Shown: positions 30,316 to 39,156 of the stretch, one piece after another
Layout: every line of letters begins with the position of its first letter
Numbering within the stretch: the first letter of the stretch is position 1
From: Pyrinomonadaceae bacterium
Lineage (GTDB): Bacteria; Acidobacteriota; Blastocatellia; Pyrinomonadales; Pyrinomonadaceae
Length of the DNA: 64,000 bases
NCBI GenBank assembly: GCA_965219305.1
Contig: OZ244725.1
Span: 2,003,706-2,067,705, forward strand
Direction: 5' to 3'
The notes under the pieces: model-generated
Seen by the model: the letters and a program-made list of their open reading frames with translations, nothing else
Databases searched by the model: none
Told to the model about the DNA's origin: nothing
Program-made: the position numbers and the translations under genes

Positions 30316-30450
30316 TTAATTTTTCGCCCTCGCCCCGTGCCGACAGCCGAAATTATCGGGGTTTGATTCTCCGATGCTTAATTGATTCAGCACTACACTT
30401 TCTTCAAACGGTTCGCTTGTCTGACCGTTTCTGTTGATATAAATAGACAT
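30316..30450 (-). CDS. 44-aa ORF resembling the N-terminal part of a GYF_2 (DUF4339) domain; possibly a truncated remnant
   Basis: My translation is MSIYINRNGQTSEPFEESVVLNQLSIGESNPDNFGCRHGARAKN*. It is preceded by AGGAAG. It is below the track size cutoff. Confidence 0.3.
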   Translation of the reverse strand: MSIYINRNGQTSEPFEESVVLNQLSIGESNPDNFGCRHGARAKN

Positions 30451-30554
30451 ATTGCTTCTTCCTTTTTATCTGGCAATTTGAACATTTGATTTTTCCGTTT
30501 CCGTTTATAGTGTTATAAAACCGAAAAACATTTCAATTTATCTGTCTGTAATCA

Positions 30555-30577
30555 CAAAAAAGACGACCGAAGTCGTC
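30555..30577 (-). terminator. intrinsic terminator after the transglutaminase-like gene
   Basis: On the minus strand: GACGAC-TTCG-GTCGTC followed by TTTTTTG. Confidence 0.7.
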
Positions 30578-30694
30578 CGTATGCGGTCAAATAAAAATGT
30601 GTGTGAGCTAGAAAAACTTGAGAGTTTTCGATAATTAGCGGTAGAAAGTTACGATTTGGAAAAGTCGGACAAAAAAATCATTTCGGGCAAAAAA

Positions 30695-31348
30695 TCACAA
30701 CGAAAAATCGTAAACCAAATCGCCGTTCGTATATTTTTCGTCCTCAAAAATATGCGGATAATGTTTCTGCAATTCGCTCAAATAAAGTCCATACGGCAGA
30801 TCGTCGAACGCGCCGTAATCGTGGAGATATTCCATAAAAACATTGCCCGATTTATCAAATTCCTGAAAGATCGAATCCGCCGTTCCGTCAAATTCGAGCG
30901 GTTCGACCTTTAAGAATTCGCACAATTTCTTGTTAAACGCCGGAGTAGTTTTCAGCCATTTGCCGTCCAGAAAAAATTCCGCCGCGCCGTGGAAAACGAG
31001 ATAATTTTTCCGTAAAAGTTTTTCCAGTTTGTCGGTCGCAATATGATTTCTGACAATGTAAAAACTCAGACGGCTCGGAATATCAACTGCTCTTGCGACA
31101 GCCGCCAACAAAACCGCTTTTTCTACGCAGTAACCGCGATTTCGTGTCAAAAGATCGCTCGCCGTCAAACCTTTGCGGCTCAAATCCAAAATGTTCGGAT
31201 TATACTGAAAACCGTCGCGCACAGCGTAATAAAGTTTGACGGCTTTTTCGCGTTCACTTTTCGCGCCGGCAGAATTTCGCTCGGCGAATTCGCGCACGGA
31301 TTCGTTATCAAAATTCAAAAACTCAGTTGGTTGAAGATATTTTTTCAT
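30695..31348 (-). CDS. transglutaminase-like cysteine protease superfamily protein
   Basis: 217 aa. The catalytic Cys context (NRGYCVEKAVLLAAVARAVDIPSR) and a downstream His are present. Confidence 0.8.
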   Translation of the reverse strand: MKKYLQPTEFLNFDNESVREFAERNSAGAKSEREKAVKLYYAVRDGFQYNPNILDLSRKGLTASDLLTRNRGYCVEKAVLLAAVARAVDIPSRLSFYIVRNHIATDKLEKLLRKNYLVFHGAAEFFLDGKWLKTTPAFNKKLCEFLKVEPLEFDGTADSIFQEFDKSGNVFMEYLHDYGAFDDLPYGLYLSELQKHYPHIFEDEKYTNGDLVYDFSL

Positions 31349-31357
31349 TTTATTTTA

Positions 31358-31463
31358 GCCGCGGATGAACGCGGATAAACGCGGATTTAAGAAAATTTTT
31401 CAATTTCAAATGTAATGCAAAAGTAATCTTTCTTAAATCCGCGTTTTCCGCGAAATCCGCGGC
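31358..31463. repeat. modular palindromic element (CGCGGAT family)
   Basis: gccgcggatgaacgcggataaacgcggat … atccgcgttttccgcgaaatccgcggc. GCGGAT words start at 31361, 31371 and 31381. Confidence 0.9.
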
Positions 31464-31473
31464 TAAATATTTC

Positions 31474-32463
31474 TTATCCGTTCACCGATTTCATCATCTC
31501 TTCGGGATAACGCAAACCGGAAACTGCGTCTTTCGGGAAAACTTCTTCGATCTGTTTTAGATCATTTTCGCTCAATTCGACGTTTACCGATTCGGCATTT
31601 TCTTCGAGATATTTGCGGCGTTTCGTTCCCGGAATCGGCACGATGTCGTCGCCCTGCGCCAAAACCCAAGCCAACGCGAGCTGCGAAGCGGTCACGCCTT
31701 TTTCGGCGGCGATTTCTTCAACCTTTTTCACGAGTTCGAGATTTTTATCAAAATTTTCGCCCTGAAAACGCGGACTGTGGCGGCGATAATCGTTTTCGGG
31801 AATGTCTTCAAATTTTGTAAAACTGCCCGACAAAAATCCGCGTCCGAGAGGCGAATACGGCACGAAACCGATTCCGAGTTCGCGGCACGCCGCCAAAACA
31901 TCGTTGTCTTCCGGGTCGCGCGTCCACAAGGAATATTCCGACTGCAAAGCCGTGATCGGATGAACTTTCGACGCGCGGCGCAGAGTTTCCGCCGACGCTT
32001 CGCTCAATCCCAAATAGCGAACTTTTCCTTCCTTCACCAATTCCGACATTGCCAAAACCGTCTCTTCGATCGGCGTATTCGGATCAACGCGATGCTGGTA
32101 ATAAAGATCAATTGTTTCAATTCCCAAACGCTTCAAACTCGCTTCGCACGCCGATTTTACATATTCCGGTTTGCCGTTTATTCCGCGCACATTCGGATTA
32201 TTCCGGTCGCGTTCGATGGCGAATTTCGTCGCAATTACAAACTCGTCGCGCTTGCCCTTGATCGCTTTGCAGACGAGTTCCTCATTGTCGCCGTAACCAT
32301 ACATATCCGCCGTATCGAGAAAATTTACGCCGATCTCCAACGCGCGGTGAATCGTCTTAATTGATTCCTCATCGTTGCGGTCGCCGTAAAAATCCGACAT
32401 TCCCATACAGCCCAAACCGACGACTGAAACTTCCAAATCTTTGCCCAATATTCGTGTTTTCAT
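31474..32463 (-). CDS. aldo/keto reductase
   Basis: 329 aa. Has …LGCMGMS…FLDTADMYG… and …IPGTKR..YLEEN… AKR motifs. Confidence 0.9.
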   Translation of the reverse strand: MKTRILGKDLEVSVVGLGCMGMSDFYGDRNDEESIKTIHRALEIGVNFLDTADMYGYGDNEELVCKAIKGKRDEFVIATKFAIERDRNNPNVRGINGKPEYVKSACEASLKRLGIETIDLYYQHRVDPNTPIEETVLAMSELVKEGKVRYLGLSEASAETLRRASKVHPITALQSEYSLWTRDPEDNDVLAACRELGIGFVPYSPLGRGFLSGSFTKFEDIPENDYRRHSPRFQGENFDKNLELVKKVEEIAAEKGVTASQLALAWVLAQGDDIVPIPGTKRRKYLEENAESVNVELSENDLKQIEEVFPKDAVSGLRYPEEMMKSVNG

Positions 32464-32506
32464 ATTTTTTTAATGCTAATCGTTATAAACGAATGAATTT
32501 ATTTTA

Positions 32507-32649
32507 GCCGCGGATTTCGCGGAAAACGCGGATTAAATTAAAATCAAATCAATTTAAGTATAAAATTTTTCTTAAAATCCGCGTCATCCGCGTCATCCGC
32601 GGCTAAAATATCTTCTCTTTTTCGTGTTCTTTTCGTGTATGTTCGTGGC
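32507..32649. repeat. CGCGGAT-family palindromic element (32507-32603) followed by a solo CACGAA-family arm (32611-32649)
   Basis: The element is gccgcggatttcgcggaaaacgcggat … atccgcgtcatccgcgtcatccgcggc. It is followed by ttcgtgttcttttcgtgtatgttcgtggc. Confidence 0.85.
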
Positions 32650-32655
32650 TAAAAA

Positions 32656-33516
32656 CTAATTCGCCTGCGCCAATTCTTCTTCAGGAAAATCCGCGCCTTC
32701 CGAAGTTTCCGCCCAAGTGTCGAATTCTTCTTTTAAAGCTTCCAGTTTCAAATTCGCATTCTTAAATGCCGCTTTGCCCAAAAGCAGATTTTTCGGCGGA
32801 TTTTCCGCTTCGACGGCTTTGACAATCGCTTTCGCCGCGCGCACCGGATCGCCGGGCTGATTTCCGCTGTAACCGCGAATCGCCGCCTGATTTGCTCCGG
32901 CGGTTTCCGAATAATCGTCAATCGTTTTCGTCGCGTCATTCGCCGAACGCCCCGCCCAATCGGTGCGAAAACCCGACGGCTCGACGATTATCACGTCAAT
33001 TCCCAGAGGCTTTAATTCTTTCTGCAACGCTTCGGAAAAACCGTTGACGGCAAATTTTGTCGCGTTGTAATAACCGACTCCAGGAAATCCGACGAGTCCG
33101 CCGATGGATGAAATGTTGACGATCGCGCCGCTTTTCCGTTCTCGCATTTTCGGCAAAACCGCCCGCGTCATTTCCGCCAAACCCCAAAAATTCGTTTCAA
33201 ACATTGCGCGAACTTCTGTTTCATCAGATTCTTCAATCGCGCCGAAATAACCGAATCCGGCGTTGTTGACCAAAACGTCAATTTTGCCGAAATGCGCTTC
33301 CGCTTTCGCCACCGCATCGGCGACCTGCGCTTTGTCGTTGACATCCAAAGCAATTGCAAGCGCATTTTCCTTGTTGATCTCGACCAAATCCTGAATCTGC
33401 TGCGTATTTCGCGCCGTCACCGTGACTTGATAATCATTTTCCAACAAATATTTTGCCAATTCACGTCCGAATCCTGTCGAACAACCCGTTATAAACCAAA
33501 TTTTTTTATCACTCAT
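32656..33516 (-). CDS. SDR family oxidoreductase
   Basis: 286 aa with TGCSTGFG, NNAG and YNATK motifs. Confidence 0.9.
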   Translation of the reverse strand: MSDKKIWFITGCSTGFGRELAKYLLENDYQVTVTARNTQQIQDLVEINKENALAIALDVNDKAQVADAVAKAEAHFGKIDVLVNNAGFGYFGAIEESDETEVRAMFETNFWGLAEMTRAVLPKMRERKSGAIVNISSIGGLVGFPGVGYYNATKFAVNGFSEALQKELKPLGIDVIIVEPSGFRTDWAGRSANDATKTIDDYSETAGANQAAIRGYSGNQPGDPVRAAKAIVKAVEAENPPKNLLLGKAAFKNANLKLEALKEEFDTWAETSEGADFPEEELAQAN

Positions 33517-33565
33517 ATTGTTTACCTTTTTAACTCAAATTGCCGCTCAAATTTAATTTTATTTT

Positions 33566-33643
33566 GCCCGCGAATAACGCAAATCTTCATTGATAATTTC
33601 TGATTTTATTTTCAATTCGTGTTCTTTCGTGTTATTCGTGGGC
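33566..33643. repeat. modular palindromic element (CGCGAAT / CACGAAT words)
   Basis: gcccgcgaataacgc … gtgttattcgtgggc. The arm differences are G/A transitions. Confidence 0.75.
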
Positions 33644-33669
33644 AAAAAAAATATTTTCTTAACGGCAAA

Positions 33670-34221
33670 TTATTTTCCCCAATCTTTCTTCTTCAAAATA
33701 TAAACCCAACGGTCTTCGACAGCTTCGCCGTAAAATTCCGCTTCTGCATCGGAAAGCCTTTTCGCGCCGAGTTTTTCGATCGCTTTTTGCGAGCGCAGAT
33801 TGATTGACGCGACGTGAAAAATTACCGTGTCAACAAATCGAAAGGCGAAATCGAGCATCAAATTTTTCATTGCCCGATTGTAATTTCCGCCCCAATGATC
33901 GCGCGCTAAAAACGTGTAACCGATTGCCGCAAAACCTTTTTCTGCGTCGTAATCGTAAAACCGACTGCTCCCGATCGGCTCGTTCGTTTTCGCGTCCAAA
34001 ATGATAAATGCTCTTTTCGATTTCAATGCTTCGTCAAAAAACTTCTCGAAAACGTCACGTTTCCAGCGGTCGTTGCTCGGATGTTGTTCCCAGATTAAAG
34101 CATCGGACGCGACCGCGTAAACCCTTTCAAAGTCGTCAGTTTCGAGCGGAATTAATTTTACCAAATCATTTTCAACAGTTTCGATTTGAAAACTTTCCGC
34201 CGTTTTATTTGAATTATTCAT
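33670..34221 (-). CDS. GNAT family N-acetyltransferase
   Basis: About 183 aa from MNNSNK…. The fold pattern is RimJ/RimL-like. Overlaps the upstream gene end by 8 nt. Confidence 0.75.
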   Translation of the reverse strand: MNNSNKTAESFQIETVENDLVKLIPLETDDFERVYAVASDALIWEQHPSNDRWKRDVFEKFFDEALKSKRAFIILDAKTNEPIGSSRFYDYDAEKGFAAIGYTFLARDHWGGNYNRAMKNLMLDFAFRFVDTVIFHVASINLRSQKAIEKLGAKRLSDAEAEFYGEAVEDRWVYILKKKDWGK

Positions 34222-35128
34222 TTTCCAAAAATTTGCGGTAAGAACCATTTTCGATGTCTTCCAAAATCGTCTTGCCCGAAGAAATTTCCCACTTCAAATC
34301 GCGCTTCGCCTTTTCCGCGTCAAGCTGATTATTTACCGAGAGAAATTCAAACATCATCCCGAATTGTTCACGCGCCTTTTCCGACGGAATGCTTTTCGCC
34401 GGAACATTCAAAAGTCTGCTGACCGCTTCGCTGATTTCCTTAATCGAAACCGTTTCTGCCGAAACATTATACAAACCTTTCGCCGTGCCGGTTTCGAGCG
34501 CGAGCAGATACAAATCCGCCGCGTCTTCAACGTGAACCGCCGAAATTTTATTCTCGCCCGAACCCACGTAATTCGCCGATTTTTCCGCCTTTGCCTGTTC
34601 GATGACAAACGGCACAAACGAACTCGCGCCGCGCCCGTAAACGAAAAACGGCAGACGCAAAACTATCGAACGAATTCCTTTTGAAGATAATTGCACGCAA
34701 TCGCGTTCGGCTTCTCCGCGAGCGACGAATGACGAATTTTGATCGAACGGAAAATCTTCGTCCGCGACGGCATTTCGCGTGTTCCCCAAAACCGACGAAC
34801 CGGAAGTTACGATCAAAGGTTTATTCGTCCGCGCCAGAGCTTCGCCGAAAGTTTTTATCACATCACGTTCCAATTTCACCGAATCTGCAAAATTCTGCGG
34901 ATCAAAATTGAACGCCGTATGAATCACTGCGTCCGCATTCTGCGCCGCGCTTTTCAAAACATCAAAATCGTGCAGTTCGCCGCGCACGACCTCGATATTT
35001 TTCGCTTCCAATTTCGCCGCCGATTCATCATTTCGCGCCAGAGCCGAAATTTTGTAACCTTTACTTTTCAATCTTTCGGCGACGACCGAACCGATATATC
35101 CCGTTGCACCCGTTAAAAATATTTTCAT
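34214..35128 (-). CDS. NAD(P)-binding atypical SDR / NmrA-epimerase-like protein
   Basis: 304 aa with N-terminal MKIFLTGATGYIGS. Confidence 0.85.
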   Translation of the reverse strand: MKIFLTGATGYIGSVVAERLKSKGYKISALARNDESAAKLEAKNIEVVRGELHDFDVLKSAAQNADAVIHTAFNFDPQNFADSVKLERDVIKTFGEALARTNKPLIVTSGSSVLGNTRNAVADEDFPFDQNSSFVARGEAERDCVQLSSKGIRSIVLRLPFFVYGRGASSFVPFVIEQAKAEKSANYVGSGENKISAVHVEDAADLYLLALETGTAKGLYNVSAETVSIKEISEAVSRLLNVPAKSIPSEKAREQFGMMFEFLSVNNQLDAEKAKRDLKWEISSGKTILEDIENGSYRKFLENE

Positions 35129-35144
35129 TTACTAACTCTTAAAA

Positions 35145-36218
35145 TCACTTCGCCGCATTTGCTTCTTCCAAAAACGGGTAATCTATATAACCTTTTTCGC
35201 CGCCCTGATAAAAAGTTGATTCGTCCGGCTCATTTAATGCCGCGTCCAACTTGAAACGCTTCGGCAGATCGGGATTTGCGAGAAAAAGTTTCCCGTAAAC
35301 AATCGCGTCCGCGCCTTTTTCTTCCAGTAATTTTTCGCCCGAATCTTTATCAAAACCGACTCCGGCAAAATAAATTCCTTCATAGATCGGACGCAAAACC
35401 GGATGCCAATTTTTGTTCTGATCGAACGTTCCGAGGTGCAGATAAGCCAAGTCGCGTTTGTTTAATCCTTTGACAACATAATCATAAAGTTCCGCCGCAT
35501 CCGATTCGTGAATGTCGTTAAATTCTCCGCCCGGCGAAAGTCGTATTCCCGTTTTTTCGTTGCCGATTTCCGCGATCATCGCGTCCAAAACTTCAAACAA
35601 AAATCTTGCCCGATTTTCCACCGAACCGCCGTATTCATCATCGCGTTTGTTCGTGTTGTCCGACAAAAATTGCTGAACCAGATAACCGTTCGCCCCGTGC
35701 AGTTCAACGCCGTCAAATCCCGCATCAACTGCATTTTTCGCCGCATTTGCAAAATCTTTCACCGTTGATTTTATTTCTTCCGTCGTTATTTCACGCGGTT
35801 CGACAAAATCCTTCATTCCTTCCATCGTAAAATTTTGCCCGTTCGCTTTGACGGCTGACGGCGCGACCGGATTTTGATTGTCCGGCAGAAAATCCGGCAA
35901 CGCGATTCGTCCAGTGTGAAAAATCTGCATAAAGATTTTTCCGCTTTTTTCGTGAACTGCATCAGCAATTTTGCGCCAGCTTTCGATCTGCTCTTCCGTA
36001 TAAATTCCCGGCGTTTTTATATAACCTTTCGCCATCGCCGACACATTTACAGCTTCCGTAATTATCAATCCCGCCGACGCTCTCTGCGCGTAATATTCGA
36101 CCGCATAATCCGGCTGAACGCCGTCTTCATCCGCACGGCTGCGCGTCATCGGCGCGTAAACAATTCTGTTTTCCAACTCTAAATTTCCTATTTTTAACTT
36201 ATCAAATAATTCGTTCAT
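35145..36218 (-). CDS. Old Yellow Enzyme family alkene reductase (NemA/OPR-like)
   Basis: 357 aa with …APMTR.RA…, …QI.H.GR…, …GFDGVE.H.ANGYL..QFL…. Confidence 0.9.
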   Translation of the reverse strand: MNELFDKLKIGNLELENRIVYAPMTRSRADEDGVQPDYAVEYYAQRASAGLIITEAVNVSAMAKGYIKTPGIYTEEQIESWRKIADAVHEKSGKIFMQIFHTGRIALPDFLPDNQNPVAPSAVKANGQNFTMEGMKDFVEPREITTEEIKSTVKDFANAAKNAVDAGFDGVELHGANGYLVQQFLSDNTNKRDDEYGGSVENRARFLFEVLDAMIAEIGNEKTGIRLSPGGEFNDIHESDAAELYDYVVKGLNKRDLAYLHLGTFDQNKNWHPVLRPIYEGIYFAGVGFDKDSGEKLLEEKGADAIVYGKLFLANPDLPKRFKLDAALNEPDESTFYQGGEKGYIDYPFLEEANAAK

Positions 36219-36246
36219 AATTTTTCACTCTTGCCTTTTTCAAATT

Positions 36247-36289
36247 TCTTTCTCTTTTATTCGTATTTATTCGCGTTTATTCGCGCACA
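36247..36289. repeat. solo arm of the palindromic element family (CGCGAAT-type words)
   Basis: ttattcgtatttattcgcgtttattcgcgcac. No partner arm is present. It abuts the stop of the gene at 36299. Confidence 0.6.
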
Positions 36290-36298
36290 AAACATCTT

Positions 36299-36934
36299 CT
36301 AATAACTCGAATACAAAACGCCATCAATTTCCTCAAATTTCAGATCGCGGTTGTAAATCGCCGAACCCGGAGCTTGCGTTTTGCCGCCGTCGCTCAAATT
36401 TCCTGTATCGTAAGCCGCAAAACCGATCTCTTCGATCAACGCCGCAACTTTTTTCTTCGCGTCTGCATCATCGCCGCAGAGAAAAATCACGCGCCGTTCG
36501 TCAATCGGCAAATCCTTGTTTCCCTGCGTTTTCAAATGTTCTGACCAAATCGTATTAAACGCTTTAACGACGATTGCGCCTTTTAAATGCTCGGCAAGCA
36601 GTTCGCTCGAAGTAATTTTATTTGCATCAATATCTCCAAATTCGCCGTCGCGGTCGGGATAATAATTATTGGAATCAATCACGATTTTCCCTTTAAAAGC
36701 ATCTGCCGGAAGTTCTTTATATTTGCCGAACGGAATCGAAACAAAAACGATCTCGCCAAAATCCGCCGCTTCTTCAACCGTCACGGCTTTCGCATTTCCG
36801 CCGATTTCCGCAACTTGTTCCGCCAAAGTCTCCGGTCCGCGCGAATTAGCAATCGCAATTTCGTGTCCCTTTTCCGCAAACAATTTCGCCGCATTGCCGC
36901 CGATATTTCCCGCTCCGATAATTCCTATTTTCAT
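36299..36934 (-). CDS. NADPH-dependent F420-reductase-like NAD(P)-binding oxidoreductase
   Basis: 211 aa with MKIGIIGAGNIGGN Rossmann N-terminus (F420_oxidored-type). Confidence 0.7.
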   Translation of the reverse strand: MKIGIIGAGNIGGNAAKLFAEKGHEIAIANSRGPETLAEQVAEIGGNAKAVTVEEAADFGEIVFVSIPFGKYKELPADAFKGKIVIDSNNYYPDRDGEFGDIDANKITSSELLAEHLKGAIVVKAFNTIWSEHLKTQGNKDLPIDERRVIFLCGDDADAKKKVAALIEEIGFAAYDTGNLSDGGKTQAPGSAIYNRDLKFEEIDGVLYSSY

Positions 36935-36949
36935 AATTTTTTATTTTTA

Positions 36950-37134
36950 GCCACGAACAAACACGAAATGGACACGAACAAAAGAAATTTAGCCACAGAT
37001 GGACATAGATAAAAACCGGATAAAACCAAATTAGATTTATCTTCCTCATCTCCTAAAAATCTGTGTATATCTGTGTTCATCCGTGGTTAAATATTCTTCT
37101 CTTTTTTCGTGTTCTTTTCGTGTCTGTTCGTGGC
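36950..37134. repeat. nested palindromic element: outer CACGAA-family arms enclosing an inner CACAGAT-family element (36992-37087)
   Basis: Outer arms: gccacgaacaaacacgaaatggacacgaac … ttcgtgttcttttcgtgtctgttcgtggc. Inner arms: gccacagatggacatagataaaaaccggat … atctgtgtatatctgtgttcatccgtggt. Confidence 0.9.
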
Positions 37135-37919
37135 TAATCTCCTAATTTTTCACCCAAAACAACCTTTCGCATCTTCCGCAATTGATGCAGCCAACGGTCG
37201 TAATTCTCAGCTTTGTTGACAATATATTCACCGACTTCAACGTGCGGCAGAATCAAGAATTTTTCTTCATCCAGAGTTCTCACAACCGTCTCCGCACATT
37301 CTTCAACCGTGATCGAATCGGGAATCAAAAACGAATTGTTTCCATACTTAGCATCTTCGATCAAACGCGTCCGAACGCCTTGCGGACACAGACACGAAAC
37401 GTAAATTTTGTCGCCGAATTCAATCGCAAAACTCTCCGCCATCGCCACCGCCGCGTGTTTCGTCACCGAATACGGAGCCGACAAAGGATGCGTTAAAAGT
37501 CCCGCCGCCGAAGCCGTAATCATAAATCCGCCGCCGCCGTTTTCGATCATCTGCGGAAAAATCGCCCGCGCCAGATAAACGTGCGACAAAACATTGACTT
37601 TGTAAACCAAATCCCAAATCTTGTCCGAAACTTCCAGCGACCCTTCCGCACCGCCGATGCCCGCATTCGACGCGACAAAATCAATCCGCCCGCATTCGTC
37701 TAAAATTCCTTTGACGACCGTTTTACAATTTTCTTCGTCCGCGACGTTTAATTTAACTGCTTTCCCATTCACCGATTCCGCAACTTTTTCCGCATTTTCA
37801 AATTCCAGATCGGCAACAAAAATCTTCGCCGCGCCTTCCGCGTGAAACCGCTCGCACAAAGCCTTCCCAATCCCGTTCGCACTACCCGTGACGAGAATTA
37901 TTTTGTCTTTTAGATTCAT
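37134..37919 (-). CDS. SDR family oxidoreductase
   Basis: The start is set at MNLKDKIILVTGSANGIG. The track N-terminal extension [11 protein letters not shown] is translation of the repeat arm. The stop TAG lies at the repeat terminus. Confidence 0.85.
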   Translation of the reverse strand: MNLKDKIILVTGSANGIGKALCERFHAEGAAKIFVADLEFENAEKVAESVNGKAVKLNVADEENCKTVVKGILDECGRIDFVASNAGIGGAEGSLEVSDKIWDLVYKVNVLSHVYLARAIFPQMIENGGGGFMITASAAGLLTHPLSAPYSVTKHAAVAMAESFAIEFGDKIYVSCLCPQGVRTRLIEDAKYGNNSFLIPDSITVEECAETVVRTLDEEKFLILPHVEVGEYIVNKAENYDRWLHQLRKMRKVVLGEKLGD

Positions 37920-37927
37920 AATTTTTT

Positions 37928-38119
37928 GCCACGAACAAACACGAAATTTCACGAAACAGAAAAATTAGCCACAGATTCACTCAGATGAACACGAATGAAA
38001 ACCGGATGTAATTATTTCAAAAATCTGTCCCTTATCTTTCTTAATCTGTGTCTATCTGTGTAAATCTGTGGCTAAACTTCTTCGTTCTTTTCCGTGTATT
38101 TTTTGTGTTCGTTCGTGGC
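37928..38119. repeat. nested palindromic element (outer CACGAA arms; inner CACAGAT element 37968-38072)
   Basis: gccacgaacaaacacgaaatttcacgaa … [gccacagattcactcagatgaacacgaat … atctgtgtctatctgtgtaaatctgtggc] … gtgttcgttcgtggc. Confidence 0.9.
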
Positions 38120-39078
38120 TAATTTCCCACCGTCAACACGACTTTGCCCGTCGTTTTTCTGCCTTCAATAGCTTCGTGCGCTTCTTTCACATTTTCTAAA
38201 GGAAACTCCGTCACTTGAATTTTCAAACGTCCCGCGCCTAAATGTTCGAGTAATTCTTTCGTAAATTTGATACGATTTTCGACCGATTCGTTCATTAGCC
38301 AATAACCGCGAATCGTGTGATTTTTGTGCATCAAACTCAAGACCGAAACTTTGAAATCTTCACCCGAAGCCGAGCCGTAAACCCACATCGTGCCGTGTTT
38401 TGCCAGCACTTTCAGATTTTTCGCCACGATGTCGCCGCCGACCATTTCGATCAGCCAGTCAACGCCTTTGCCGTCGGTCGCTTTTAATACTTCGTCCGTC
38501 CAATCGTCTTCCGAATAATTGATCGCAAAATCCGCGCCGAGATCGGCGACCATCTGCAATTTCGCCTCGCTCGAAGCCGTGCCGATGACCTTCAAACCTT
38601 TCTGTTTCGCAAGTTGCACGAGCAAAGTCCCGACGCCGCCCGCCGCTGCGTGAATCAAAATCGTTTGCCCTGATTTCGTCTGGTTCAAAAGCCCGAGCGC
38701 GGTCAAGCCTTGCACAAGCAGCGCATTTGATTCGCCAAAACCGAGTTCGTCGGGAATCGGCATCGTCAGCGCGGCTTTCGCCGTCGCGTATTCGGCATAA
38801 CCGCCGCTCGAAGTCGTCGCCAAAACGCGCTGTCCGACTTTCAAATTCGAGACATTTTCGCCCAAAATTTCAATCGTCCCCGCCGCTTCATAACCGAGCG
38901 TCAGCGGCAATTCCGGCTGCGTCAAATAATTGCCCTCACGCATCATCGTGTCGGCATAATTAATTCCCGCCGCCGCGACTTTGATCAAAACCTCGTCCGC
39001 CTTCGGAGCCGGTTTTTCGATTTCCTCAAGCGACAATTTATCCGTTCCGCCAAGTTCATTTAATCTGATTGCTTTCAT
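38119..39078 (-). CDS. MDR-family NADPH:quinone oxidoreductase / zinc-type alcohol dehydrogenase-like
   Basis: 319 aa with …GINYADTMMREG.Y… and AAAGGVG nucleotide-binding motif. Confidence 0.9.
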   Translation of the reverse strand: MKAIRLNELGGTDKLSLEEIEKPAPKADEVLIKVAAAGINYADTMMREGNYLTQPELPLTLGYEAAGTIEILGENVSNLKVGQRVLATTSSGGYAEYATAKAALTMPIPDELGFGESNALLVQGLTALGLLNQTKSGQTILIHAAAGGVGTLLVQLAKQKGLKVIGTASSEAKLQMVADLGADFAINYSEDDWTDEVLKATDGKGVDWLIEMVGGDIVAKNLKVLAKHGTMWVYGSASGEDFKVSVLSLMHKNHTIRGYWLMNESVENRIKFTKELLEHLGAGRLKIQVTEFPLENVKEAHEAIEGRKTTGKVVLTVGN

Positions 39079-39156
39079 AATTTTTTAGTTTTTACCAAAG
39101 ATTTCTCGCAGTTAGATACAGATATTTTCTGCTCTGCTAATTTTCTCTTATTTCAA

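Noticed and set aside
31777-32364. Long antisense ORFs. Examples: 31777-32364 (+), 5340-5891 (+), 29681-30214 (+), 40308-40847 (+), 41534-42073 (+), 53350-53820 (+), 60236-60772 (-), 2548-2937 (+), 23041-23427 (+).
   Set aside because: Each is fully contained antisense to a gene with clear family motifs. They have Arg/Ser/Phe-rich compositions and no recognisable motifs. I treat them as shadow ORFs.
37920-37952. Recurring peptide …FRVCSW… at ORF N-termini or in small ORFs (37134-37952 start, 42445-42837, 36846-37049, 36587-37012)
   Set aside because: These are translations of the CACGAA-family repeat arms (gtgtttgttcgtgg). The real starts are the downstream Met with an SD-like sequence.
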